A stretch of DNA of 64,000 bases. Source: Raillietiella orientalis. Taxonomy: Eukaryota. A model generated the notes under the pieces. That model did no database searches. It had not been told where the DNA came from and was given only the letters and a program-made list of their open reading frames with translations. The DNA is taken from NCBI GenBank assembly GCA_036172245.1, contig JAYWIR010000017.1, positions 930,001 to 994,000 on the forward strand, in the 5' to 3' direction. Positions 26,761 to 40,226 of the stretch are shown piece by piece. Position numbers and translations under genes: made by a program. Numbering within the stretch: position 1 is the first letter of the stretch; every line of letters begins with the position of its first letter.

Positions 26761-27949
26761 GATAAAACCTCATTCCTGGTTTCTTGGAGTTTCTTGCAGT
26801 TCTGTTCCAGGTCTTTTCCTGTTGAACCACTTTACGGGAACGAAAGGAAAGGAATGAGGACGTAGCCTTCTCTCTTTCTTCTCCCATTTCACGCTTGGGC
26901 GTGAGCATTAAAGCACAAGGTATTTCGAGAAGTCTGGAAACCTCAGTGGGTTTTAGGCTTCCGGGACACGCGTGAGAACGTCAAGGCTGGAAAAGAAGAA
27001 GCAGGACTCTCCATGTGGATGGAGGAAATCTCCCTTATCTCCTTCCTCCGTCTCTCGAAGAAGCCAAGGAGCAGCAAGGAAAGAGTGAGTGGATTGGCGA
27101 GGAGAAAGCGCAGGCAGAGGTAAGGAAACCGTCGTCGTTTGGCCTCAAGAAATCGTCTTTTCTGTCGCTGGCATCCAGAAAACTCCCAAATAAATGCAAT
27201 TTACGGCGGGAGCGAACCTTTGTGTTCGAAGAGATGCATTCTAGCGAGAAGCCATAAAGCCTGATGGAACCGCCGCTCCTGTGCTCACGCTTGCGCACCG
27301 CAGGACTTCTACCCTCAGATCCTGCCTTCTTGTATTTCTCTGCGACTTCACTTACCGCTCATGCTCTTCATGCTTCATTTTTTTCTGCCTTTCTTTCCTT
27401 TTTTTTTGCTTGTTGCTTCTTCCCTGTGGCTCTGTGACTTTCGCCTCCGCTTCTCCGTTCACTCCACTACCTTGTACCAGAGTCTGAGCCAACGAACGTC
27501 TAGTCTCCTTCCTCTGCAATGGGGTTGCGTGACTTTAATCACGAGCGAACGCTTCCTGAAAAGCAGGCATCAGCTCATCTCCTCCATCCCTCCTTTTCTT
27601 TTGATTTGACGGGGAGTTCAGTTGACTCCTGTATTTCTACGACGAGACGGAAGCATCTTCCACTATCTAACAACAATCTCTTTCAATCTTTCCGGAGAAA
27701 AAAAAGCAAGAGATGTCTCTGCTGATTCGGGGCTCGGAAGAACGACAAAGCTGAATGATATGAGTGAAAAGATGGCCATTAGTCAGGAGCGACCTTCAGT
27801 TTTTCTTGGAAGATGGCAGAAGACTTTTAGAGTCAATGCAATAGCGAAAACAGCCGTGCTCTGCTCCCTTCACTCTTTCAATCATTTATGCTCGACGCTG
27901 ACCAGCAGCGACCAACTCATTTTAAAAGGCTCTAGAAGAGTCTTCACCT

Positions 27950-30900
27950 CCGCAGCAGCCATCAGAGTAGGAAATTCATGAAATGATGTTAATATGCTGA
28001 TGGTTTCAGCAGCTTTATTAGACAGAAGAGGAACACTCCAAACGGATCGAGGCATGGAATTTCAAGAGAGCAAAAATCTTTTGAACCGATGGAAACGAGA
28101 ATAAGCAGAAAAACGAATTGATTGAAAAGAAAGAAAAAAGAAAATGGCGGAAAAACCCTGGAATTTTCAATGTGGCAATATCCAAGATCCAAGGAGACTT
28201 GAAGATGAATTTCAACTTGCCATTATATTAAGAACTGTGCCGAAGATATGAGCCGATATTCGTTTGCCCTGACGACTGAAGAACCATCTCCAGTCCTTTG
28301 TGTCGGAAATCACGGATTCTAGAGATTGTGAGGAAGAGAATTGGGATCTTGAGATCTATTCTTGTGACTCGCCAGTGGACCATTCGCCCAGGTCTTGGGT
28401 TTGTGGTATGAAAAGAGCAGGGATTTTCACTTGGTCTTGTAAATGAGAGGAGAGGAAAGGAACCGGCTGCAAGAAGCCACAAACTTTGCAAGTAGAGGAT
28501 CTTTCCTTTCCCTGAAAGTAGAAAAAAGGGACGAGATGAGAAATGTCATACTTGATTTGAAGAGAAAAAACACAGGAGACATTGTAGCCTAATTCCAGAC
28601 ATCCCTACTCTCCTCTTTCCAGTAAGATCTTCAGCACCATCATTTCCAAGTGAGACGATCTCTTAAGAATAAACTGTCCAGTGAACAGGATTCCTCTATT
28701 CAGAGAGCAACAGGTGCTCCTGCAAGGGAACATCTATTGTCTTCTCCAAAGGATGCTATTTTCAGAGACGTATCAGTGAATAGTAGTTGCGGTATAGTGA
28801 AATAGTGGTAAGTAGTAGCAGGAGAAAAGAAGGAAGAAGAAGGCTGTATGGAGTAGTCTTAAAACTTTGAAGATTCTTCTGCAAAAGCGAATGTGATCTG
28901 AACATTGGATCCTTCGACGAACCTACAGAAATTAAGTTCGAGAGTCCTCTTTTAACCCAAGATTTTTGATCTGGAAGACTCGACGGTTCAAGGCTGACTC
29001 GATAGTGCTGCCAGATTTTCCAGATTACTGATGACTTTGATCATGAATGGATCTGAACACAAAAATTCGCCTCTCCAGAACTCGGAAACAAAAATCCCTC
29101 AGTTCCACAATCCTCGCAAGCCAAAATTTCACAATGTCGCAGAAGTGTCTCGGTTCCCTGAATACTTCTGGAACATTTCCGTGGTATCGTTGAACTGTTG
29201 TCTCATCTGGTCTGCGTGTGGTGGCATGAGTCAAAGGAGTATTCTGCTGAAGCTCCAAACTATGGTGTAGAGTGGCTAGAAAAGCAAGTAGCCCTTCATT
29301 TGCCGCCTGGCTGTGAAAAAGATTGATTCAAGCCATTTAGGATTTCCAAGCATCAGTTCTTCCTGAAGTTGGATCTATGAACAAGAAGCCCAGATGCTGG
29401 CAACTGCTGGTGTTGATTGCAACAGAAGGAAGGATATTTAGGGAAAATGCACGTAGTCCAGAACTTCAAACCATGAGAGCACTCACTTTCTGGGACCTTC
29501 AAGAAGTATGGGATTGGACTCCAATTCCAATTCATCATTTACTCATCCATTCCTGAAACATGTCAGATAGACCGAGGCACAAGATGGACAGGAGACAAGT
29601 TACGTGCCTTTCTTAGTGGCTCGGAAAGTAGAAGGCGTAGTCCAATTCTGTAGTTTGATGTGTCGAGTCCAGAAAGATTCACATAATAGGCTCGTATCAC
29701 TCGTATCACAGAACAATTTTGGAACCAGAGAGGATAAGACGGCGAAAGTTACTTGTTGCCAGCAGGATTTACCGCAAGAAGCTCATCTGGGTTCATTTGC
29801 AATCATCTAAAAGCGATGTCAGGATTGTTAAGCTGGTTACTTAGGAATGTAAAGATCCACTTTAGATTACTTCAATGCTAATGCAGTCGTGAGGTCGAAA
29901 TTCACAGAGGTCCTAGTTTCTGTCCGATTTTCGAGACATTATTGATGCATAGCCAATTGAGAGCAGACTGAAATGCATCTGAGAAACCCATCTTTAGCCT
30001 TATCCCTTCAGCAATACCTCCTAATAACTCCTATGTTGTCGATGCTGAAAGCAAGCAGTCAGCCGTATGAGCAGTTCGTCGTTTGCCGAGACCGGAGAAG
30101 GACCTTCTGTGGTCAAAGAATAAGAGGAGAAGAGGAGAGCTGCGTCTCCTTAATTTTCCATCGATCTTTCTCTGATAGGCTCCTTCTCCCCGCTAGAGAG
30201 TTACCTGTGATTATTCCAAAGGCATGCCATTTGTGTTTCTCTGGAAGCTGCTACAGCGAGCCTATCCCGAAGAATGCAGTTCACCAAACTGCTGACACTG
30301 GTTGTAAATTGCGAACCGTGGCTGATCGAATGGACTCTCGGGTAGACCTAGGGACATGGATATTCCATACTCCGTAAAACTTTTTCCTGGACTCAGGAGT
30401 GGTGCCATTTGGGAGGGATGAGAGAGAGGGAAGAGGAATGACGCTGTGGAGTTTCAGATGGTCGATTCTAGGAGGTCTCACATCATTCTGCTTCCTTGAG
30501 CTTCTTCATCATTTCCATCCTCTTCATACATTATTCCCACTCTACAAACCTCACCATCTCACTCTAATCTTCTTTGTTCGCAATGAACTGTCTTTTAGGA
30601 CTTCCAATAAGATCCCCTCTTTTCCACAAATAGTCATCTCCAGAAATCAAGGGATTTCACACCTTGCTCTCTTGTAATGCGAAGATGAAGGAAAATTCCC
30701 TTTCCTATTGCATAGCCGGCCACAGACTTTTTACTTTGGCCACTGAGTTTCTCCCTTTCAGCCTGGAACTAGGCTGACGAGACAAGTCCCTCTAGGACAA
30801 GATAATTGGAATGTGGACTGACACGCTCCCGTCTCCTAAAATGTCCCCAAAGCCGGAAGAGAATAAGGAGAAATTCCCGGAGCTGGTTTCTTTCGGATGC

Positions 30901-31750
30901 AAATCTCTTAGGAATCGAGGATCCTACTGCCGCTCCAAGGATGAAAAGGAGGGGAGAAGAAGGAAGCATCGATCGATCTTCACGGTACCTCCGGCAGAGA
31001 CTCCAGCAACCTCTCTGGACTTCCAAAGGACTGGATGCTGCTCGCGCGCATTAAGAGGATCCGAGAAATTAAGCAATGAGAGAGAAGATCTTCTGTAGCA
31101 TGATGAATGGAAGAACTTCTAAGCTTTTGGATGGGCGTTTTCTTCCCTTGAAATCTCAGACCGATGGGATGTCTCTCCTGACGCGTGCCCATATTCCTTC
31201 CTCGAACTCTGACCAATGATGAGAGGATAAGGAGGAGAGTGAGAGATATCTGTCTCCCTTTCTTACGCTAAGGAATGCTGGAAGAGTGAGAATGCTGAAT
31301 CCCCATTGGGAAATGCAGGTCAAGGAATCTGAGGCAAATAAAGAGGGATGGTGAAAGAAAAGGGCCCTCAATTAAGGGGATCAGAAGATCCTGTTCTCTG
31401 TTGCTTGGAGATGGCTATCTGATTCCTTGAATTGCATCCAATCACGAGCAGCATCGACTACAGTCATTGCCCTCAGTTCATGAGTGCTCTCTTGCTACAC
31501 AATCTTCCGGCGTGCCTCTCCCCAGCTGTCATTGATCTGCTCCAGCGAGTCTCAGAGTCTGCCTTCAGCATGTCTACTCTGGGGAACGGCAGCCTCTCCA
31601 CTAAAACTTCTATTCCAGGGTAAAATACCAAAATCCGACTCAGCCTCGGGGGTGCTACGAGAGCACGCTCTATCGGAAACATCTCTCCCTGGGGGTGAAC
31701 ACCGGCTGGACTTGCGGATAGGCACTCCTCGGACGATCTGATCTACTCTC
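27950..31750 (+). pseudogene. Decayed Toll-like receptor relic 3
   Basis: LRR-like DLEIYSC..CGMKR, IPDIPTLLFP..NKLS, ELPVIIPKACHLCFSG and ILGGLTSFCFLEL..LIFFVRNELS..VISRNQGISHL. TIR-like LSDSLNCIQSRAASTTVIALSS..LKLLFQGKIPKSD..LREH..GE at about 31410-31740. Confidence 0.45.
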
Positions 31751-31899
31751 TCCTGTCTCTTTCCTACCTTCATTTCTCAGTGCTTCTCCAAAAGATCCCC
31801 GAAACGGTTGCTTCTTGTTGGAAGTCCGGAGGCACTGACCACTGTAGTCAGCAGCTCCTTGTGCGGTTTCCAGCGTCGGCTTTGCTTTCTCTGGGATAC

Positions 31900-33110
31900 G
31901 TCGCTCTCCCTGCATTCCAGAACCAGAAAAATCATGCGTGCTAGGAGGGAAAGTCGTTAGGGAGAGGTGGGAGCAGAAACTTCCAGAGGTAAGGTGGGTG
32001 ACTGAGGGCAGGAGAGAAAAAAACGAAACACCTGAGCGACAGAAGAAAATAGCGTCAAAGTCAGATGGAAAATGTCCTTGATCAGAGTCCATGGCTCGGG
32101 AAGAAAGGGAATTGAAGGAGAAAGGAGAGATTTCTCCATTCTTCCCTCCCTGCCTCCACCTATTCTTCAAGGCACACAGTTCAGACTCCTCACTCGAAAG
32201 GTCCCTTCTTCCAGATACACCTCCTTTATTGGAATGAAACTGTCCTCTGGAAAACGCTCCGTCAAACAAGGAAGAAATCCCGAGAGAGAGAGGCAAGAAG
32301 TGGAGCAAAACCCACTTGTAAGCTGAGGTCTCCTAGAGTCTGACTGAAGGAGGGTTCTCTCGTATGATCTTCCGGGTTTGCCGAAGATCATGCGAGGGCT
32401 TCTTTTGCCATCCTCTAGGAGAACATACGAGAGCACCCAATCGATCTGAGATTCTTTGGCAACTATGATCCTAACTCCGCCTTACCTGAACCTTTTTCCT
32501 TTCTGTCTTCCCCGAGATCATTTTCAGGACCAGGTCGAGAAAAGGACAGAAAGGAGGACCCTTGAAACTTTCTCCCAGCAGAAGCGGTATTTGCTCTTCC
32601 GGTTCTATTCCAAGGGGTACCGTTTGCAAGTGACGGGAAGAGAGGAAGGAGATGCGGACTTCCAAGTGAGGGGATCTCCAGAAAGCGACAACATGGATGG
32701 CTGTTTTGTGATGGAAGAAGGGATAGGACACAGGAGCTCTTGAAGTCCAGGAAGTGCTCCCAATAGCTCATGGGGACGCCATTTCTATGGATCTACCTTG
32801 GGCACTCACTAGACGAGGAAAGTAACCCTAGCAGCCCAGCCGGCATCTTTGAGGAGTCTTTGGAGGTCCTCTTGAAGCATCTTCCACTGAAACCGCTATT
32901 CCAGGGTAAAGTACCAAAATCCTTCTCAGCCTTTGAAGGACGTGAGGGAATGCGTCTCTGGGGATCTCTGGGAAGTCATGCTAAACCTCGCAATAGTTTC
33001 CGAATGCATTTCTTCCAGAACTCGGTTTTGTTTCAAGTCCCGAACACTAACCTGAGAAGATATCGCTTTCTTTCACATAAAAAAAGCCAGCCATACTGTC
33101 TCCCCAACAC
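31900..33110 (+). pseudogene. Decayed TIR-containing relic 4 (partial duplicate)
   Basis: KGYRL..RE and PFLWIY..LKPLFQGKVPKS..FFQNSVLFQVP. The DNA ctattccagggtaaa(a/g)taccaaaatcc..ctcagcc is shared between about 31610 and about 32897, and FLWIY is shared with relic 1. Confidence 0.4.
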
Positions 33111-36100
33111 ATAAGCGCCTTCCGCTCTTCCGTCTGCTACATCCAGCTACAATCCCCTACAGCAGATGCCGAGTACCCTAGATGCCCAGCGTTGAGTCAC
33201 CTCTCATCTCTTCCAGCTGCATAAGACTTGGTGGCCAGATGAAGGCGACGAGAGAAGTTCTCGTAAGAATGACCAGAGAAGTGATGACTCCACAGCTCCC
33301 TGTTTCTCATCTCCCTATCAAGGATCTCTTGTACCAGGTTCCTTGTTTATTTCGCGAGTATCCCTCAAGGGTTTCCTGAGCTACATGGGTTGGACCCGGG
33401 ATGCCTTCTACGTACAGGTCCGCCCTCCTATGCGCGAAATGCTTCCAACTGCATACTTCTACAGTGATGACAAAGCAGTCTCTCGTCAAAAAAAAAATAA
33501 TTGCACATTTCCTGAGGTGATGAGAGTTGCCAATGAACTTGTAAATTTCTTTAATTTTCCGAGCAGACTTTTGGGAAAGCCAGTAGATGAAGTACAGACT
33601 CCCAAAATCAGACTCCGTTCACTGCAGGGCATGGTATGATTTTCTGATAACTCAAGGATAAGCGCTCTCATGAAAGTAGATGTAAGAAAAACGGGAAAAA
33701 AAGCAAAAGAGCCCGGAAATATGGATCTTCAGGATTATCATCCCATAAGAATGCTGATTTTGCAGTTTACGAGCCAGGAGAGATTTCTGGTAGTCAGCCG
33801 CACATGCGTATGAAATCCCGGAAAACCAACAGCAGCAACCACTGGCATCGAAGAGGAGGATCCGTTTCACTTCAAGCGTTCTCTTGCGGGGTCTTCTAAA
33901 GCAAGATGTGTTCTGTGCCAGAAAACAGGCTCTTTCTTGATATCTTAAGCAGTCTATCGTCATGCAGTCCTTGCTCTCTTGAGTAACCAACCGGGACAGT
34001 CGGAAGTCCCTTGAGCAAAGCTGACTGCGTTTGCTTATCGACCACACTTCGGCCACTGCTGTAGGCAGTTAATACAGCGCTCCGCTGCAGGCAGTGCCGA
34101 CCAGAAACTCTGGGTGACATTTTGGTTCGCTAATGTGCGTGGTTCTGTTGAAAGGGATATAAGCACGCACCGCATTCCTCTATGGGTTTCGGTTTCTGTT
34201 GTTGCTTGAGTGATGCGAGCGCTCCCTTAAAGATACTGTTTCACCGTTTCCTTTTCCTACTCTTTGATCACTTGATTTTCTCAGAGTTCGAAAGCCACTC
34301 GTCTATTCTTGACACGGGAGTTCTGACTCAATTCCAGATCGATCATTTCGAAGTTAATGCAAAACAGTGGTTGCCAAGTGTCGCTGCTCCTTTTCCTTCT
34401 TTCTTTTGCATTGCTTCGATCTGTTGGTGAGGAATAACAGTTTTCTTGTAATCTGGGTGATCTCTGGACAGATGGTGATAAAGAATATGACTGGAACTCT
34501 CCTTGACAAAGGTATGTGATGTGATCTTCATGTGACGATGCCGTGCTAGTGAAGCCACGAGTCAGTCAATCGTGCACATTCACTGCGATCACTGCTTTTT
34601 GCTTACCAAGATCACTTTCCATCCAGACGAAGAGAGCAAAATGAAGGAGCTGCAACAAGATGACAGGGATGCGAGAGTTCCAGAGAAGGGAGCACTGTGA
34701 CCTTCGAAAATCTGCTGAGGCACACTCTCTTCAACCATAGCTCCTCCAGGAACTCAGACCAGGTAGTCACTGATAGTTCTGCATTCAGTGACTGAGTACC
34801 TGACTACGCTGATGAGCGAATGCCATAGAATGAGCTGGTCTCTAGGAGCTGGACAGAGCAATACAATAAAAAACATAGAATACAATAAAGAGCTGAGATT
34901 TCCTTACATCGAAACTCTCCATTTCCTTTCCACAAAAATGCAAATTCTCTTATTGAAAGACAAAAATTGTTTTCCTGTAGGAGCATCCAGTAGATCGATT
35001 TTTAAAACAGTCCACTTTTAGAGCAGAAAAAGCTATGAATTCAGGTAGAACAAATAGAAAAAGGTTTTCTTTATGGAAGGGCATGTCACACCTTCGAGAA
35101 CACAAGTGAAGGAACATAAGGAACTAGAAAGCAAAGATAACACAAAGGCAGGAAAGGGCGAAATCTTTCTCTATTCTGTATATCCTTTTTATCCTAGCAG
35201 AACGGACATCGAAGCACACGAGAATCTAAAGATAAAAGAACAGTTGTGGCATTGGAAGGAACAAAGGACAGTCAAAATTCATGCCTGGTGGGGAGGTACA
35301 GGAGCCAATGTTCCTCAGGAATGCATATCCTTTGAAACACGTGCGAAATGTAGGAAAGAAGTACAATTTTCAAGAAAAAGCAAACTAACAAAAGATCATT
35401 AAGAGTAATAAGTAATAGGAGTGGATTATCGATCGCATTACAGACATCCGCCCCTTCGGAGTTAATTGTTCTTTCGTGAATGATTTCCCATTCATAAAGC
35501 AAGCAGGATGCTGCTCAACATACAACTCCACGAAGAAATAAGCTTTCATCAGTATTCGGACCATACGTTCTCCTTAACAACCATACTGATCTCCAAACTC
35601 TTATGGATTGGCTTAGACAAGGTTTCTTAATTTACTTAGTTCGTCAGTTTGTAGTTCGTCTTAGTCTTGTAATTCAGGTAATCCATCATCTATTTGCATC
35701 CCTCCTTTTGTATAAGTACGGGCACACTGTTTGTGCTTGAGGTTCGAAATCCTTCCGGGTGTTATTGGTGTTTGTAGCTAATGTTCTAGTCCAGTATCTT
35801 ATTCGGGGGTCGAGCAGAAGGGGCAATAGAAGACGGCCAAGAACCTTGAATCCAAGTTGGTATTCGCCAGCGCTTGCCTGAATGCTATCTTGAGCATTTG
35901 AAAACTTGTCGAAAGCTCATTTTCAAGCCTTGTTTCTACACATGTTTCAGGAATGAACAAAGTATCAAAGAACAATTTTAAATATCTTTAGGATTCAGAG
36001 CAGACTCTGAAGACAGAATCGAAAAAACACTGAGAATGATAAGAATTTCCTTATTAAGGGAAAATAGATGAATGAGTCAAGGAATCATTTGATAACTTTA

Positions 36101-39100
36101 ATAACACTGTTTATTTTGTTTTCTAATCTTGTGTTTCATCCTACTGATAATCCCAGTGTTTAGGGATCTGATAAAATGTTAGATAAACTGATGAGGAGGC
36201 GATAGAAAATACAAATGAGAGTTTTCAGAAAAAGTTACATTCCCCCTTTCGGGATATTTTCGCAATCCACTATTGTAAAAATGCTAATCGTAGACTCACA
36301 GAGAAGTTATTCAAGGAAAAGTTCCAGAAAAAATATCACAAGTGCTTGAAGTGTTTCCGAGAGAGCATTTCTCAGATTCTGAAAGCGTCCACAGGAAAAG
36401 CACTTTGGCTGCTTGCTTGCTTGTTGCCGTATTCTTTATTTATCATCTCTGGGGTATGCAGATAACACTACATCTCATGAGAACTTGTCCAAGCAATTAA
36501 AGGATGTTTTCATTTGATGCGAATCACAGAACTCTTTGCATGGAATACGCATCACACGGAAGCGAGGACGAGGAAGTCGCATCTTGTGGTAAACAGGGAG
36601 TTCTTGCAAACATTCCTTTTATATCTTTCGCTTTAGTGGTTCCTTGATGCATTCACAAAGTATGGAAACGCGTCTGAAGATGGGAAGACATCAAGAAGCT
36701 TTTGTAATCAGAAAATAATCTTTCGATCATTTTTATTACTTTTGGTCAAACGCATTCGTTTCCATTTGGTCTCAGATGGTGTTTCTCCGATAAACACTTC
36801 ATCCCGCCACTGGTAGGCCACGAATACATGTGCTTCCTGAATTGCTCGATTAAATCTATCTGCTATTCATTTGGATGCTCGTAACCATTGCTCCGATAAG
36901 AGACTCTCCTTACAGAAGTGTAGCAGTAAAGAATGGATCTCCGAATATTTACATTTGCTGATGTAACATGGTAAGCATACTGTAGTCTGGCGTCCTCTGC
37001 CATCAAAAGATATCTGAAAATGCACGGATCGATATTCATATGAGATCTTCAAGCATCAGCCCAAGGAATTTATGAACGATATATCTGGATCAAGAAGTCT
37101 GGTATATCTCGAGGACACGAAACGCTGCTCATTTTTTGGATGGTTTCTTCGTGGAGCAGCTCCGAGAGCAGTAAAAAGCCTTTATGAGACTGCTAAGAAA
37201 TATGGAGCGAGCTGGAAAAACAGTTAGCCGGCTTTCTTCATTTTAGCCGCATTTATCCGGGCTCTTTTTTTACTAGAAACACGTTTTTGATGATTACGCA
37301 TCCTAATGATATCAATTAATGATGCAATATATAAAAAATTAAGGTTTGAGAGTAAACGCTGATTAAGAATCATTGGAGGAAAACAATTTATTGATTTTTC
37401 GATGATTTAAATCCTTTTTTTTTTTTTTTTTCCTGTTCGCCACTGATCCAATCAAGGCAAGGAAAATTGAATTTATTGAGCAAAAGAACTCCAAGGAGGT
37501 GACAACCGCACAATCAAAGTTAGTTTCGAGATGGACCCATAAATGACTTGAATCTAAAACCCAATTCGAGCACTGGTACTCGGCAAAGTTGGGTATTAAG
37601 TGAGCAATCCAAAAATCCAGACTACGTGTGGGTAGCAAAGGGTTTTCGGGAAGAAATTTAGCAGTTAGCTGCCTATGAGCAAAAATCTCAGCCCTGTTGG
37701 GAACCACTATGGAATGATTATTTTTTACTAAAGAACTTGCAAGGAAAAATATCTGAAACAACAAAATCCGAGGAATGCGCTCTTGTGATTTTGGAGAAAT
37801 GGAATAAACCCTTCGAAGACTCCATGGATTTCTAATGCTCAGTACCAACAGCTTAATTTTCTATCGAACATCTCGAGAAATGAGCGCTTGAGTAGAGCTC
37901 AGTCAGCCCACAGTCACACTTTGGGAGATCCTGGATCGGAGTATTCCTATCACTGATCATTAATCACTACTGCGATTGCTATGTATAATGCGCACTGGCC
38001 CAAGATCATCTTCAAGGAAAAAAGTTCAATGATTGGCAACCCTTCTTTCTTTTTCAGATTCGAATTCTTTCCTTCTGAGGACAATCCAGAACTTTATAAT
38101 TAGTAAATGGATGACCAGTCTCCGGGTTTCATTCTACAATGGATTACTTTCCGAAAGTTTGGATCCCTTTCAATGGCTGGCAATTTCAAAACATATAAAT
38201 CCATGTTCCGTCTTGAATCAGTCTCAGAAAAGTCAGGTCTTTCTTGCCGTATCTAGGCAGCAGCCGTAGAATACAATTTCCAAGTCTTACTGTGTAGGTC
38301 TTGATTCTCCCACATCTGTCTCACTTTTCCGAGAAACGAGGTTGTCCAGACTTGCCACTCCTGATATCTGATTACAAGAGTGCCGTTTTGGTTTCATTAT
38401 GCTAAAAGTTATCGGAAGTGCAAGATTGGAATGCCTTTTTGCTATTCTGCAGTACGCACACCTGAGTAACTCTCCTGAGTAATAGGAGAGTAACTCTTGA
38501 TTAGCCTCGCGAAAATGAAAGCAGATGGCATGAACACAGAGGACTCAGAAATGAAAAAAATGTTGTCGTTGTAGATCAGAGAAGAACGCAGGACAATACG
38601 GCTCCAAGACTCCGCCACTCAAATGATCATACTTTGATATTTGGGGACTGAATTTGAGTAGCACAGATATTTCAGGAAGCGCATGACTAGACAGACGGAA
38701 ATTATTGGGGAGAAAATCCAAGGAGGACAATGTGAATCTCTTCTAGTAACAGATACCTTGCGAGAGCTCTTTGGCTACATTTTGTGTGATTTTGTGATTC
38801 ACTTTGTATCAAAACTCTCCATGTAATGGATATGCCATCCAGGTGGTCATTTGGACCATGGCTCGCTTCTTGACTTTCATGTTTCACACACACGGAGGAC
38901 TGAAAACCAGAAACAGTCGTGGTCTTTAGATCTCCATCACTGCACTTGAAGTATACACAGAGCTCCTTAGATGGCTTTCTCGTCTACATTCGTAAATTGC
39001 CTCTTCTTGTCATCAACCTGAGAATCCCAACAGCTATGGTTTTCTCAGGGATGAAGCATAACAAAATGGAAATTCTATTCAATGTTTTTTGTTAATTCAC

Positions 39101-39686
39101 ACATCCATGAACGTCTGTGAGTTTGTACTTTTGAAGAACACTGAAGGCTCGATTTCAGTGGTATGTGCTTCGGGAAAAGTGACTGAACAGGGCTGTTAGC
39201 ATTGAATCGAAGCATTCAAAACCACATGCTTGGTCTGTTGAATGTTTACAATACAATCCTTTCAGAAGAAACAACGGAACACTCGTTACAAGAACAAGAT
39301 GGCAATTTCAGTCTTCATCAGTGTATTAAAACAGAAAATGGATCTGTCATGAGGAGACTGAGGAGGTGCTTCAGAAACATATCTCCCATCTTCCAGGTTT
39401 ACTGTTCGCTACTCTTACCATAAGACAAAACTGCTCTTTGATAATCAAAATGGGATCGTTTCCTTGGATCAGTGAACAGCATCCAGAGGCACAACCTGCT
39501 TTCGGTTGTTAGGAATGGCAAAGAAAGAACGGCATTTGAGGTTTGGTTTCCCACTTCTTGCATGGCAGTGGTGGTGAAGTTTCGCGAGCAGTTTGTTTGG
39601 CATCTGCAATCCGCATCCTACTTGTATCCCAAGAACGTTTCGGATTTCCTTTGATTTCACCATCTGCCCCAATCAATCTTTGTAGC

Positions 39687-40226
39687 CCGCGTTGGTGACC
39701 GTGTGGCTGGACCGCTCAAGCGTTGCGGATTCCAATCCCACCCGAGGAAAGGATCGACACCAAGAAATGGATGCGTCGTGGGTTTCGAGTGCTTCCCCCT
39801 AGGATGATTATCTCCCCTAGAGGGGGGGCACCCTCAATCGAGTAGCATGGGAAGCTGCTTAGTACCTCTCCAGAGTGTCAAGAAGCGTGCTTGCTCCCTT
39901 CGGGGTTCTCTTCAGAGGATGAACAAGGAATTGGATTCCTTCCGGGTTCCCTTCGAAGAGGAAGTAGCGGATTGGCACCCCTCCGTGGTCCCTCCGGAGA
40001 AAATATGAAAGAGATTCCCTACGGGGTTTTCTTCCAAAGCCATTTCTACGGACTCCTTTTTAAAGAGTCTTCTTGTATTCATAAGGTGGTCCCTCCGGGA
40101 TTGCCCCTCAACTTGAAGAGTCACACGCACCTTTGAACGGCGTGGATAGTGTTTAAAGAGCTTGTTTAGCCCTCCCCTAAGGAGGCGAACGGTCCTTCAG
40201 CACTTGGCGAACCCAAAAAAAAATGG
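39687..40226 (+). mobile_element. tRNA-derived SINE-like element, copy 1
   Basis: Head ccgcgttggtgaccgtgtgg..caagcgttgcggattccaatcccac..aaaggatcgac..atggatgcgtcgtgggtttcgagt. Tail ttaaagagctt..gcgaaccc(A)n. Flanked by GTAGC direct repeats (39682-39686 and 40227-40231). Confidence 0.75.

Noticed and set aside
35500..39420. Scattered exon-like plus-strand segments
   Set aside because: Joining them runs into stops and no protein is recognisable.
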